NCBI RefSeq assembly: GCF_001194135.2
Contig: NC_068984.1
Span: forward strand, 82,421,527 to 82,485,526
DNA length: 64,000 nt
Reading direction: 5' to 3'
Source of the DNA: Octopus bimaculoides
Lineage: Eukaryota
The notes under the pieces were generated by a model. The model made no database searches. It worked only from the letters and a program-made list of their open reading frames with translations, and had not been told where the DNA came from. The number at the start of each line of letters is the position of its first letter. Position 1 is the first letter of the stretch. Below, one piece after another: positions 22,826-36,220 of this stretch. The translations under genes were made by a program, and so were the position numbers.

Positions 22826-25117
22826 GTAAGTTGAATACTAAAATAATAATCATTGGTTAGTGAGGTTTGAAATTGCTGTGATACTGGTGGATTAAGTAGA
22901 AGATAGTATGTTGCAAGCCAGTATTCCATTGTCTTTAGAGCTCTTATCTTCAGAATTGTCAATTCACTTGCCAATATGTAGGAACAGTCATTGAATGAAG
23001 TTAATTTTCAAAGATTAAAATCTTGTCAATTCCTTATCTGTTTGGAGATTCCTTATACATTAAAATTTTTCCTCATCCTCCTAATTTCCAAGTTGAAATT
23101 TCTTCTTTAGATGTATATAGAATAATAGAAGAGTTAAAGATATATTTTGAGGTCTTTATGGCTTCATTACAGGATGAAGGGTACTGCTCATATAAGACTG
23201 GTTTTGGAATGAGAGGGAGAAACTACAACTTCAGTGTTACTTCAGGACCTGGGCTGACTACTTACAACAAAGACATCTCTGTTAAAACCACATGGTGCAA
23301 TAAAAACTGGCTTTCAGAATAAATAAATTTACTCTCTTATCAATGTCCAGTCCATATTAGCTCTAAATTTTCAAAGCCAACATGTGCTCTGTGAGACATA
23401 AGATTACAACTAGTATTAAATTACATTTGCAAATATTGGCAGGAAAATATTAGTGAATAAGTAACTCAAAAGCAAGTTGTTTCTAAGCCAGTTCTAGTTA
23501 GAAATAATGCAGACTAAATGAAATGTGTTTATTCTATAGAAGAGGCAAAATGTGAAAATATTTTCTACTTACCATGAGTATTGACTGTAATCAAACCGAG
23601 TTGAAGATTTTGTAGATACACAGATAAAAAATTTAAATCCTATTCTGTATTAGATGTTAGTTTTCATTACGTAAGTTATGTGACCAGTTAAATGTTCATG
23701 AATAATTAATAGGTGTTTGGTGAAATCAGTGTTTTTATGTTTGTTATACAATCTATAGCTGGCACAAGGCTAAAACAAAGTACATATGTATGTACATACA
23801 GTTATAGATGTGAATGTGTGTGTGTGTATACATATTTTTTTCTTTCATATGTTTCAACTAAGCGGCTACAGTCATGTTGGAGCACCATATATATATGTAT
23901 AAATGTGTGTGTATAAAATCTCAGAATGTAATAATTAGTTTGTGTATGTTCACTTTCATGCTAATGTCCAAATAGCATGGTGTCAAACAATATATATTGT
24001 GACATAGTAGCCAAATGAAATACTTATAACACAACTTACTTTCACTTTAATTTTAAACCGGCTTACATACAGATACACACATACTTGTGCGTGTGTGTGT
24101 GTGTGTGTGTGTACACATGGATATATGAATCTGTTGTAAAGATTCAGCTATTTTGCTGTTTGAAAGCCAGCTGAAAAGTGAAGCAGGTTTTTTTTCTATG
24201 TATATCTGAAAAAGTATGGGAGCATTAACAGAGCTACAATCTTAAAACTGTCAACTGGTTTATCAATGAAACCAGGAAGTTATTAAGAAACAGTCAATTC
24301 ACAACTTAAAGCTGTATTTGAGTACTATTTCATGATAGCTGTTTTTCTCTATTAATCTATTAATATACCAGTCTCTTTAATATGAAATCCTGGGTCATCA
24401 TCAAATAATTTTGATATTGATTAACAAATAAATGTGAAATAAACTGTATTTGTTATGTTTATATGCACTTCAGATAGGATTCCCTGTGATATGTTGATTC
24501 AGTTCTCTGCACTCTATTCTCAAATCATATTGAGGTCAAGCTTGTCTTTCATCCTTTTGGAGGTCAGTAAATAAGTACCAGTCTATAGTAGGTAGATTGA
24601 TGGACTTGTTAAAGAGTCTAGAAAGGTGACAAGCAGTTGGCCACTGCTTTTCGTTTGAACAAAATTGGTGGTGTGGAAATAGGGAACTTGCATGCATGGG
24701 TAGCTACTGAGGCTTGTTCCTTGGTGGTATGGATCCATGATCTTGCAAGAAATACACGGTATGATCTTTGTGATTGATGAGTCAGTTCTAAAGTACATTG
24801 CAGTGCATTTTTCTTAAGCTGGAAGAGGATGGCCAAGTTACTTGGCCGCAAGAGGGAGTTTACAGCCATCTTTTGGTAAGCAACCACTTTCACAGCTTGT
24901 CTAACACTATCCAGCCACTCACCTATAAAATGTGAGGTGGACCTGTTGTCAGTTTGGCAAGTTGATACAAGAAATTGGATATTTTATGCAGTGATAAAAC
25001 TCAAAAGCTTCATTGAAGCAAGAATTGAATTTAGAATCATGTAGTCCAGTACCTAGATTTTGTGTATTAGATATTGTTTTTGTATTTGATTTTATTTGTC
25101 ATCTGAATCTGTTTCAG

Positions 25118-25339
25118 GCTATTGAAGCTGCTGATCGAATTGGCTACCCTGTAATGTTACGTGCTGCCTATGCATTGGGTGGCTTGTGTTCAGGTTTTGC
25201 TACTAACGGAGATGAGTTACAAGCATTGGCTAACACTGCTTTTAAACACACCAGTCAAGTCCTCATTGATAAATCATTGAAAGGTTGGAAGGAAGTGGAA
25301 TATGAAGTTGTACGTGATGCCTACAACAACTGCATTACA
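25118..25339 (+). CDS. CAD: CAD exon (CPS ATP-grasp 1), [28 protein letters not shown]...[24 protein letters not shown]
   Basis: tttcag/gtaagt, 222 nt phase 0/0. Confidence 0.96.
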
Positions 25340-26179
25340 GTAAGTTGATTTATTCTTTACCCTTTTTTAAGTATTTTGCTTTAATTCAAGTTTAAATGTC
25401 CTAATTTGGTTTTGGTTAAGGTTATTATTATGTTGCTCTGTATTTATATTTTTCTAATTCTCAGCAGAATTTTGTTGCATTTCAAACCAAGTATTTGATA
25501 TTAGTGTTACTTGTCATGTGACTAACAACTTTAGAAGTATACTTTTGCTACTAGGGTAATATCAGGAAATAGGGCATACATATAGTAATTACAATTTAAC
25601 AAATTTCTGGGTGCTTAAAATGTGTTTTTCAGAAAGCCATAAGATATTCTGCACCTACTCTCTGTACATTGTAAGGCATAACTGGAGAAATAACCGACCA
25701 ACATTTATATTAGCTATTATTTTATAGAAATTGTTTTTAATTTGTGCATGATAAGCAATAATATGTATGTCAAGTATTGTTAAATATTGCATGTAATATG
25801 AAATACAATTTTATGGCAACAGGACTGTGCATACCAAGGTCTTTGATTGCAGTAAATCTAATGTGTTACTTGCCAAGGGGTTGATGGCAAAACACTTAGT
25901 AGGATTTTAAGTTCATACCAATGAAGTATCAAATTAAAAACATAAACCAATATATTTGGTACAAGTTGCTAACTGATAAAGCTAATGCTCTAAGAAAATG
26001 TTGAACTGATTATTATACAAATCTGTTTAATCCATACCTACTTGTACATCAGACACTCATGTCCATTTTAATGTGTATACATTTAGTCTTCACTACCTGT
26101 TTTACATACAATTGTTGAACCTCTTTGTAACACATCACTAAAACTCAACATAAAGTATCATTAGACATATAGACATTAT

Positions 26180-26518
26180 GCAGATGTGGCTGTGTGATAA
26201 GTAGTTTGCTTCCCAACAACATGGTTCACTGCATGGCACCTTGGGCAAGTGTCTTCTACTATGGCCTAGGGCCAGCCAGAGACTTGTGAGTCAATTTAGT
26301 TGATGGAAACTGACAGAAGCCTGTTGTATGTGTATCACCACCACTTGACAACCAGTGTTGGTGTGTTTACGTTCCCATAACTTAGTGGTTCAGCAAAGGA
26401 GACCAATAGAATAAGCACTAGGCTTTAAAAAAAGTCCTGGAGTTGGTGTGTTCAATTAAAACCCTTCAAGGTTGTACCCCAGCATGGCCACAATCAAATG
26501 ACTGAAACAAGTAAAAGA
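26180..26518 (+). mobile_element. tRNA-derived SINE, near full length (same family as 3768-4136)
   Basis: gcagatgtggctgtgtgataag...ggcaccttgggcaagtgtcttctact...cagcatggccaca...atgactgaaacaagtaaaaga. Confidence 0.8.
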
Positions 26519-27101
26519 AATGTGTATAATTGGTGTAACCAAATATGTAATTATTACCAAATGTAATAGATACTGCCAAACATGCCTGTATCAGTGTCAC
26601 CAAACATATCTTATTATAATATCTGATTGAAATATACTTCATCCTACACACACACTCAAGCATCACGCAACTCACAACATTGTTACTTATTTTCTCAATT
26701 CACTTGTACCTTATCCTGTTTGTTAACTTATGCAACCTTCCTGTTCTTATTCATTCAATTATTCATTTGAAGAGTAGGTTGGGATAGTTCACATAATGTA
26801 TGGTATTGAATGGCAAATTGAGTAATGTGTGGCTGGTATTGGCAGTTTTGTGCCATCTGAGTCATGAAGTCTGTATTAAATTTGATTACTGAGAGCTGTA
26901 AGTGGGAGGTTGAATGATGCTGTAGTTGGTAACTTAAAATTATTTAAAAGTGCTGGACTGATGGATATAACATGTAATTAACCAACATGGGCATCTTGCC
27001 AGTTTATGAATTGTAGCTTAAGTTAAGCAAATAGCGTGTGGAGTGGGAGTGGCAGGAAATGGTAGCTAATTTTAGAAACTGGATCTGAGTTTTCTTGCTT
27101 T

Positions 27102-27138
<37 letters not shown>

Positions 27139-29898
27139 CTTGTCAGAGTACAACTAAAAAAAAAAAAAAACCCCAGTTTTTTTGTAATATTTTTTATAGG
27201 CTGAGTATAACTAAAAACAAATTTTTTTTCCTAACCATTTCAGCACCATTACTACCAATATCTTATGACTAGGCAGTTTATATAAGGGATATCATGTGTT
27301 CACTGAATTAACAGCAGACTACATTGTTGCTAAGTTTTTCATCAACTCCCAAAAGACTTTAACTGAAATTTTTTTCTTTTCTTAGATAACATCCACCTTG
27401 GCATTAGCTGGGATCTGTTTCAAAACTACTTAGGTTGAAATTCAACAATTTCACTCAATAATGAGTAATAACGTTCTTAAATATTAAATCCAGTGGCTCT
27501 ATTGATTTCTTAAAAAAATCACCTTTTCGCAAGTCTATCACTAGCTTGCACTTCCTCTTCATCTCTACTCTCTCTCTCTCTCTCTGTGTGTGTATTTGTG
27601 GTAACAGGCTTGCTTCACAGTTTTGTAGTTTGAGGTTCAATCCCACTGTGTGACATAGGGCAAGTGTCATCTGTTATAATCCCAGGTGAACCAATAGCTT
27701 GTGAGCAGAATTGGTAGCTGAAAACTGTACAGAAACCTATTATGTGAGAGGATGTTAGCATTCATTAGTTTCACCAGTCACTGCCTGAGCAAAAAGTTGA
27801 GGTGATGTTCACATTCCATATTTACTGCTCTACACTTTCAAGGACAAGTAGGATGAAAAAAATTACTTACATGAAAAATAGCTAAGAGTTTGTGACAGGA
27901 AGAGCATTCAGCCATAAAATGCTATTTTGAAGCCCCCATCCAATGTATGCCTGTGAATGTATGTATGTGTGTGTGTGCACACACCCAAACCTTGTTCCTT
28001 GATTCTACTGACACACATTTTCTATGGCCAAATTCCCTTCTTGTCACCACTTCTAAGCAAGATAGTCTTTCCCCTGGTCCAAAGGTCCTCAATGTGGTCA
28101 GTATCTCCCCCAGGAGGGCATTAGGCTTTAGGAGACAGTGAAGTAATAAAATTAACTTATTCAATTTTTACCTATTATAGTAGTAATGTTATGCACGAGA
28201 AAACTAGTTATGATTATTAAAATAAAATGATCTCATCATGCACAGAGAAATGATTAACTTGCAATGTATAAAACAAATTTACAACTTTTGTCTTTATTAA
28301 TTTTTTATTATTCCACTAAATTACCATCCATGTTAAGTTTGTTTAGCCATGATACTTGCCACTTAGGTGGGGGCTAGGCATAATGGCTACTTAAAAAGAG
28401 GTGCTACCAAAAAAAAAAAGAAGTTTAGAACCACTGTCCTAGTGGTCCTTTAAACAGGAATAGTGCAATGGTTGGATGTATTTTCATGGGAGATTGCAAT
28501 GCAAGTAACACCACTTGTATGGTCATGTTTGTTTACAATCAGCATGTGATATCAAGGCAAACACACTCACACACATATATAGCAAGCTGTCATATGATTT
28601 CCAGCTACAAAATCCACTCATAAGATTCTGATCAGCCCAGGATTACAGTAGAAGATCCCCAAAGAGCCTGGTAGTGGAACTGAACCTGGAACCATGTGGT
28701 TGCAAAGTGAACTTCTTATCCACATGTACTTACACACACGCATATTTGTGCTTGCACAAACACACACATTTAACATTCACTTTCCATGCTAGGATGGATT
28801 AGACTGGTCGTCATGGTCCAAGTAATTTCTCATTTGGGGATCTTATTCTTATAGACTGGTGGTCTTTCATCATTTAGCTTGGTTTCTATGGCAGGATACC
28901 CTTCATAATGCCAATCACTTTACAGTGTGTACTGGGTGCTTCTTTTGTGGCACTAGCATTAGAGAGGTTAAGATCTTAGTGAGATGTGAATGAAGTGTCA
29001 AGAATGCCAAAGTGGAAGACGCAGCAAATATAGGTTTGGCAGTTTACAAAATATCTCAGCCTCTAAACACTACCCTCATTTCAATGTGTTATGACATGAG
29101 TAGTCTTTTGCAACACAGCATATTGGCCAAACTATCCATTCCTTTATCATTTATCCTTGGGATGCAGCATCTTCAGACCAGTCTTCATTTTGTTTCAAGT
29201 CTTCCTTGGTTTCCCTCTTCCGTGCACTCAGCGCTTCTTTATGCCACAGTCAGTGACCATATACATAACATGCTCATACCAGCATAAATTCCTTTTTACA
29301 CTACACTTATTTCCCATTACACCCAGTTTTTTCTCTCAGCTCATTTGTTCTATGGCATTCATGTACACTAACATTACATATTCACTATAGCCTCTTCACT
29401 TCATTTCTTTCTAATCTTCATGAGACTTCTGTATTCAAGGCCAATGACTCTCTACCATGCAGCATCACAGTTCTAATACAAGTGCCACCTTCTGAACTTC
29501 TTTCTACCTGTTCTTACCCTGGCTACTATGATTTCTAAACAACTGCTTTACTTGGTAATTATGCCATGTGTATGGTTATGAATTGAATATTTCTGTCTAA
29601 AGGTGAAGAAATTCTGACAACAGTTTTGATAGCAATAATGAAAAAAAGAATTTTGTAGCTGGATCTAGTAAGAATTTAAAAACTGTTTTTCTTAGTTCAT
29701 TTTAGAAAGATATTAGACCTAGCCACAGTCTTTTCAAGGAAACAAGACCATTAGATTATTTTTTTACTTTTTTTCTTTTGAAGTATTTGCTGCAGTAATG
29801 AACTGTTATGCAGAATATAAGACAAAAAGAAAAAGAGTTTGAGGTTTCCTACATACATGGATGAAGGATTAGAAATCCGAGCATTTTTAGGAATACTG

Positions 29899-30234
29899 CA
29901 CCTGTGCCCAGCGTCGCCTTCCTGGCACATGTAAAGACATTCGGGCGAGATCGTTGCCAGTGCCGCTGGACTGGCTCCTGTGCAGGTGGCACGTAAAATA
30001 CACCATTTTGAGCGTGGCAGTTGCCAGTACCGCCTGACTGGCCTTTGTGTTGGTGGCACGTAAAAGCACTCGCTACACTCTCGGAGTGGTTGGCGTTAGG
30101 AAGGGCATCCAGCTGTAGAAACTCTGCCAAATCAGATTGGAGCCTGGTGTAGCCATCTGGTTCACCAGTCCTCAGTCAAATCGTCCAACCCATGCTAGCA
30201 TGGAAAGAGGACGTTAAACGATGATGATGATGAT
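29899..30234 (+). mobile_element. RTE LINE 3' UTR copy with (GAT)n tail
   Basis: near-identical to 2750-3085; ends ggacgttaaacgatgatgatgatgat. Confidence 0.82.
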
Positions 30235-31156
30235 TGTGCATGCATGTGCTGCTAAGTATTTTGCCTGGTGTGCTAAAGATGCTGCCAGTTCACCAGCTTA
30301 AACTGACCAGAGTATTAACTGATAATTGAAGGAAGAAGGGAGTACAGAGATGCATCAAAAACTTTTAATAGAGCTGAATTGTTGGAAGTGGAGAAAAAAA
30401 AAGAAAAGCAGAGAAAACTGGCGACAGTATGGGTTGGTTACAGGAAGAGGTTCAACTATTCTTCACTCATGGTTACTGGAATCGATGCATTTGGCAAAAT
30501 TATCTACTGCCCAAGTTACTGACATTGAAAAGTCAGTAGAAGGTACAATGATTGACTCCTCTGTGACTATAAGTGTTTTAAAGAGAAATACTTTAACAAG
30601 ACAATCTTCATCATCATGTGTTTATTTTAATACTAAACCCATATTGTCATTTCTTGAAAAAAAAAAAAAGAAAAAAAAAATTTTTTTAATCTATCGGCTA
30701 TAACCAATGCAACTTGTAATTTCTTTATTGATGCCACTAGAAATATATACAATACTTAAAAGGAGCTGGATTTAACATTTTCAGATTCTATGTAGCTGAA
30801 ATTTGGGCCCACAGCAAAGTTGAACATTGGAAAATGGCTTTTTAAACTGTTATCATTAACAGCATCAGTCTCGCTCTCTGTGTCTCTCGTTAAACACATT
30901 GAGAACAACAAATATCTAGCTACTGAGAAAAAATAGGGTTGATCACTGGTTCATTATTTTTCCCATTGTGATAGTAACAACTAGAGTGCTTGCACCTGGG
31001 AATGTAATTTGACTATATAAAGGTTCTTCCATGGTTGATAGTGTTTAATAAACAAAGAGTTTATAAACAGGTAACCTCTACAATGATACTATTATATTCT
31101 ATTTCTTTTTACTGATATTATTTGCATTCTTTTGCCCTTTTTTAAATACTTTCTAG

Positions 31157-31345
31157 GTCTGCAACATGGAAAATGTTGATCCTCTTGGAATTCATACAGG
31201 GGAATCAATAGTGGTAGCTCCAAGTCAAACATTGACCAACAAGGAATATAATATGCTTCGGACAACAGCTATCAAGGTTGTACGTCATCTTGGAATTGTG
31301 GGAGAATGTAACATCCAGTATGCTGTGAATCCTGAATCTCATGAG
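31157..31345 (+). CDS. CAD: CAD exon (CPS), [26 protein letters not shown]...[15 protein letters not shown]
   Basis: ttctag/gtaggt, 189 nt phase 0/0. Confidence 0.97.
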
Positions 31346-31400
31346 GTAGGTCTGCTTTATTAATTGATTTATCAATCTATCTGTCCTATATTCCCGATGG

Positions 31401-31435
31401 NNNNNNNNNNNNNNNNNNNNNNNNNNNNNNNNNNN
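31401..31435. other. Assembly gap (35 N)
   Basis: N run 55 nt downstream of a CAD donor; no CAD coding sequence appears to be missing. Confidence 0.99.
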
Positions 31436-32899
31436 GGGCAGGGAATATCAACTAACCCAGATTTTAAAAGAAAAGTGATCCACTTGATAAGAAAGATACC
31501 ACTCCAGAAATTACAACTATTGTGTCACTGTTCACCCTTTAACTGTGATGGTAAATATTTACTTACAAATGTTATTGGTATTTTTTGCAAACCGCATTAC
31601 CTCACTAAACTTTATATCTTTAAAAAAATTGCTTCAAACATAACATTCCTTTATAAAACTGCTTTTGCAGTTAAGGGAAATTTTGAGTGGATATATTTGA
31701 TTTTTGGTTTCTTAAGCAGAAAAGGATACACTGGATAATGTAGAGCTAGATATTCCTTTAAAAAAAAAGAAAAAAAAGTTGGTCATGGCTAGAATGCTTT
31801 GGATCAAAAGTTTATTCAATTATAGCTAACCTGAGGTTTAAACAACACATACACACACTGATAGACACAAAACTACAGCAGTTAGTAATAGAAAGTAGTC
31901 AGATATGAAGACCTCACTCAACATTGATCCAGTAGTTGTCAGTTGTTGAATGGTGCCTTGTGTATAAAGTGGATGGCCTGATTTTGAAAAAGTGTTATGC
32001 ATGTGTCCAGAATGTTCTCTAGTTTTTAAGATTTTTGTTTAATTTTTGCCCCACCAAGCAAGGGGTCATATATTAGCCACTGATCCATATTCTCATTGCT
32101 CAGTGATTTAATGTGCTTGTCTTTTTTTTTTTTTTTTTTTTTTTGTAGATAATTTATTGAACTATTAGATGGTTTAGTTAGTAGATCATCATTTAAGATT
32201 TGTTTTCCATGCTGGCTTTGTTGTATTCTGTTCTGTTTTCTATTTGGTTTTCTTCAACTTATTCTGTGGGTGATAATATATTCCCCCAGAGATAATATAT
32301 TCAAGTGTTATGAGAGACATGAATGTGCCTTTCCTTCAAAAATAAATTCTTTCATACTTGCTGTTGGTAAAACGTCAAGCGTCGTCAAAATACATTTGTG
32401 GAGAAATTTTAAAACATCAATTCCAAAATATTTCCATTTGATTCTCGTTTATTTTACTAAATTCATTACATATAAACAACTGAGAGTAATCTCCCTTCGT
32501 CAGTAAAGAAATGCGAAAGAAACATGAGCATAGTCGGAAATCAAATCTAATTCTTTTTGATCTAAAAGTGATCTGTCATATAGAGATGACAAGAATTGAA
32601 TCTCTTATCTTGCTCAAGCAAACGTCTTGTATCAACATAGCAAGAACGTTTGAATACAACAAAATGTGAGAATGAGTGACATGTCTTCCAGAAGTCAAAC
32701 TACCCACTAGATAAAATCGGGAAAAAATCCAGGCTTTTATAACTTTCCTGTGGAAGTTTGTAGAAGAATTCTGAAATACTTTTTAGAACAATTCTGGCTA
32801 AAGTCTAGAATGATTTCGGCTGAAATCTTTTCAACCCAAGCAGAGGACTTCTTTTAAATTAGTTTAAAACAAAGCCACCAAAACAAACAGCTCTCACTA

Positions 32900-33050
32900 C
32901 ACTAGCATGGGTTGGATAGTTTGGGACAGAGGGCTATTCCAAGTTCTATTGTTTGTTTTGGCATGGTTTCTATTGCTGGATGCCCTTCCTAATGCCAACC
33001 ACTTTACTGAGTGTACTGGGTGCTTTTTTGTTGCACCTGCAGGGTCACCA
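32900..33050 (-). mobile_element. Element sharing the RTE 3' UTR core, minus strand
   Basis: ctggatgcccttcctaatgccaacca is the reverse complement of the core seen at 2955-2985; similar piece at 28780-28960. Confidence 0.6.
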
Positions 33051-33716
33051 AGTAACTTGCAAGACAAGATAAAGTCTCCTCGACAGTGGGAGTACTATTG
33101 AGGGAGGTGGCTTTGTGCCAGTTGAGAAGTTAGAATAATAGATGGATAGAGGTGTCTTGTAGAAGAACTACAAGGATATTCCAGCTGGAGAAAAAGGGAG
33201 GAGAAGATACAAAGGATTGGAGTGAGTGTGGGGACAGAGGGGAAGATTTTATAAGAATGGAACGGGTATTGATTAGATGGGATAGAGGTGGCTGTAATAA
33301 CTGAAGATAGGAGTGGCTTGGGTTGTCATGTTAGATATGTTTGGGGATTTTTGGAAAGAAGGGGGATGAAAGTGGTGCAAGGATGTATGGTGTATAGCAG
33401 ATAGGAGAGAGCATGACTGGACACCTATTAAGTTCACATACTGCAAGTGTCAGCATTTTGTGATTTCAGAAAATGATAAAATAAATACTAGTCATGTACA
33501 GAGAATGATTTGACTATGCACTTCCTCAAATTAGAGACTTTCTGTTAGTTAAAAATAATTTTTTTTTTTTTATTCAGCAGAGATGGTAAAACAATTAATA
33601 TACAGTTCTCAGAAGTTAATTTCTTTTTCTTTTTTTTTTACCTTTGCTTGTTTTGCATCGTTACTGTTTTATTGACTAATAATGAAATTACTATTATTGT
33701 TGTATTATTTTCATAG

Positions 33717-33950
33717 TTCTACATCATAGAAGTGAATGCCCGTCTATCACGGAGCTCAGCTCTTGCTAGCAAGGCTACTGGCTATCCTCTGGCCTATGTA
33801 GCAGCCAAACTTGCCCTCGGTAAACCTCTTCCAGAATTAAGAAATTCAGTCACCAACTCAACAACTGCTTGCTTTGAACCCAGTCTAGATTACTGTGTGG
33901 TGAAAATACCCAGATGGGATCTTAGTAAATTTTCACGAGTATCAACAAAG
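33717..33950 (+). CDS. CAD: CAD exon (CPS), [32 protein letters not shown]...[16 protein letters not shown]
   Basis: tcatag/gtaaga, 234 nt phase 0/0. Confidence 0.97.
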
Positions 33951-34914
33951 GTAAGAAGAGAACTTTTTATGTTAAGCAATCTTGGTGTATTATGTAGTTT
34001 AAGGTGATATATAATTTCAAACTTTGATTGATATTTTTTAATATTTGCTTTTACATGTTATTGATATCTTTCTTATTACATATATTTCTATTGACCGACA
34101 GCAAACGTTTGTGTTCCTTTCTCTAATAACATAAAATAGTGGCTGTAGTAGAACTTTTAACTCAGTAACCCAAGACATCACAAGTCATTGTTTCTAATTA
34201 ATGAATTATGTTTCGGAATTTTAACTAGTTTCCTTTATTGATACCTTAAGTGCTTGCTGTATTATAATCAGTAATTGATTTAAAACTACAGAAACCATTA
34301 CTAGTTTCAGTACTTCCTAAGCAAAATAGTTTCATATTTTGAATTTCTTTTTTACAAGTTATGTGAATGTAAACTGGGTGAGCCTCACAGGAAACAGAAA
34401 ATGTAATTGGAATAGGTTTCCTGCAGTTGCATAGTAATGCAATCTCCCTCTGATATTTGTTTTTGCCTATGGTCCACTTAGATTACCATTTTACTCTAGT
34501 GGACCCTCATAGACATTCAATGATTAAAAACTAGTTTTAGAGATACTTCTTTCAACATTCTTATTTTGTTTTTCACCCATTCATATGTGTAGGTCTTCTA
34601 TAGAACTTCCTGAGAGAACATTTTTCAGTGGTTGAAAACATGTTGAACTATGTAAAATGTGAGAGAAAGAAGCCTAGTTGTTTCTTGCAATAAATATATC
34701 GAAAGCAAAATTTTTTATAGACCCCCCCCCCCCCCCCCCCCTCCAAAAAAAATACTGCTGTAGATACCCCGTTTACTATTTTGCTTGCTCGGACTCACCA
34801 GAATCTTATATGGACCCCAGTTGAGATTCAGTTGTATAAAGGAAAGGATAGAGGTGGAGAATGCACATAGAATGTATCCAGACTTGATATTATTATAGCT
34901 TTTATTGTTTCCAG

Positions 34915-35052
34915 ATTGGCAGCTCTATGAAGAGTGTTGGGGAAGCTATGGCCATTGGAAGAAAGTTTGAAGAAGCTTTGCAGAAAGCTTTGAGGATGGT
35001 TGATGAAGGAGTGAATGGGTTTGATCCTTATCACAAAGAACCCTCAGAAGAG
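34915..35052 (+). CDS. CAD: CAD exon (CPS), [31 protein letters not shown]...PSEE
   Basis: ttccag/gtaact, 138 nt phase 0/0. Confidence 0.95.
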
Positions 35053-35767
35053 GTAACTTTTATATATTTTGATTTACTTTTTGAATTATATCACTTGACT
35101 GAAGAAATTTCTCTAAACTTAGACAAATGCAAGATTGATGTATGATTGCAGAGCATATGCTTATAAAAGACATTGAAAGACATTAATACATAAAGTCAAA
35201 ATATGTTTAATGTGATAAAAATTTGTTTCATTACTAAGAAGCACCAAACTAAATTCATAAAGAAAAATTTCTAGTGGTTTTAATCCGCACAAATCAGTGC
35301 AGACCTGCTTGTATAACTCCTTGCTTTCATTTCAATCTTACTGCTATCATGAGTAGCCCAAAACCCTGTGAATGAAATATAGTAAATGGAAGCTGGGGTG
35401 AAGCCTGCAGGAAGACCAATCCTATTTTTTAGTTGTAGACTTAATTTGTTATCTATTTTATAAAGCCACTGTTTTGGGCAGCTAGAATAGTACGAGGAGT
35501 TTGGTCTAAACACTAAATGATTTCAGCCAAGTCTACTCCATTACATTCAAGCCTATCTTCAGTGTGAAGCTAACTTCCAAGCAGTCGCAGATGACCCGAA
35601 AAAATGTCACTGTGTTGCCCTTCTTTTCGTGATTAAGTCATTTCTCCCCTCCCCCAAATCTTAGTCTAAAGTTTACCAAGACAGATTCAATTCTGGTATA
35701 GAAAGACAAAACTTAATACTGTAATGTATTTTGATCCTCTTGCTCAGCTGTTTCAGCTAATTGCTGC

Positions 35768-35805
<38 letters not shown>

Positions 35806-36052
35806 GTGCGTGTTAAGTGAAAGAGCCAACTGAACAGCAAAAGAAGCTGATGAACATTTAACAAAAGAGAAAAGTCTCTTAGCCAAATAATGCCAAGTAA
35901 CATTAACTCTCAATTTAAATGCCTCTCCTCTTTCATTATTGTGAAATCACTTGGGTATAATTGAAATAGAAATGATCCGATTATGTTGTAATGTTTTATT
36001 ATCAGCATTTTGTTAATAGTAATTAAATTGTCTTTTCCAATATATTTTCCAG

Positions 36053-36220
36053 GAGCTGCAGAACCCAACTGATAAAAGGATCTTTGTCGTTGCCTCAGCT
36101 CTTAAGAAGGGCTATTCCATTGAAAAACTTTACCAGCTGACTAAAATTGATCGGTGGTTTTTAAATCGGTTTAAGGTCATTGTTGACCAATATACTTTGC
36201 TGGAACAATTCCAAACAAGG
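36053..36220 (+). CDS. CAD: CAD exon (CPS), [37 protein letters not shown]...FQTR
   Basis: ttccag/gtaagt, 168 nt phase 0/0; not in ORF track, translated by hand. Confidence 0.95.

Noticed and set aside
24700-24820. Arf-like GTPase fragment (HGMIFVIDES)
   Set aside because: No G1/G3/G4 motifs nearby; more consistent with a decayed L1/Tx1-type LINE C-terminal zinc-knuckle region, which itself is too weak to list.
28375-28440. hAT-like right end (ttagaaccactg)
   Set aside because: No matching left TIR or TSD found.
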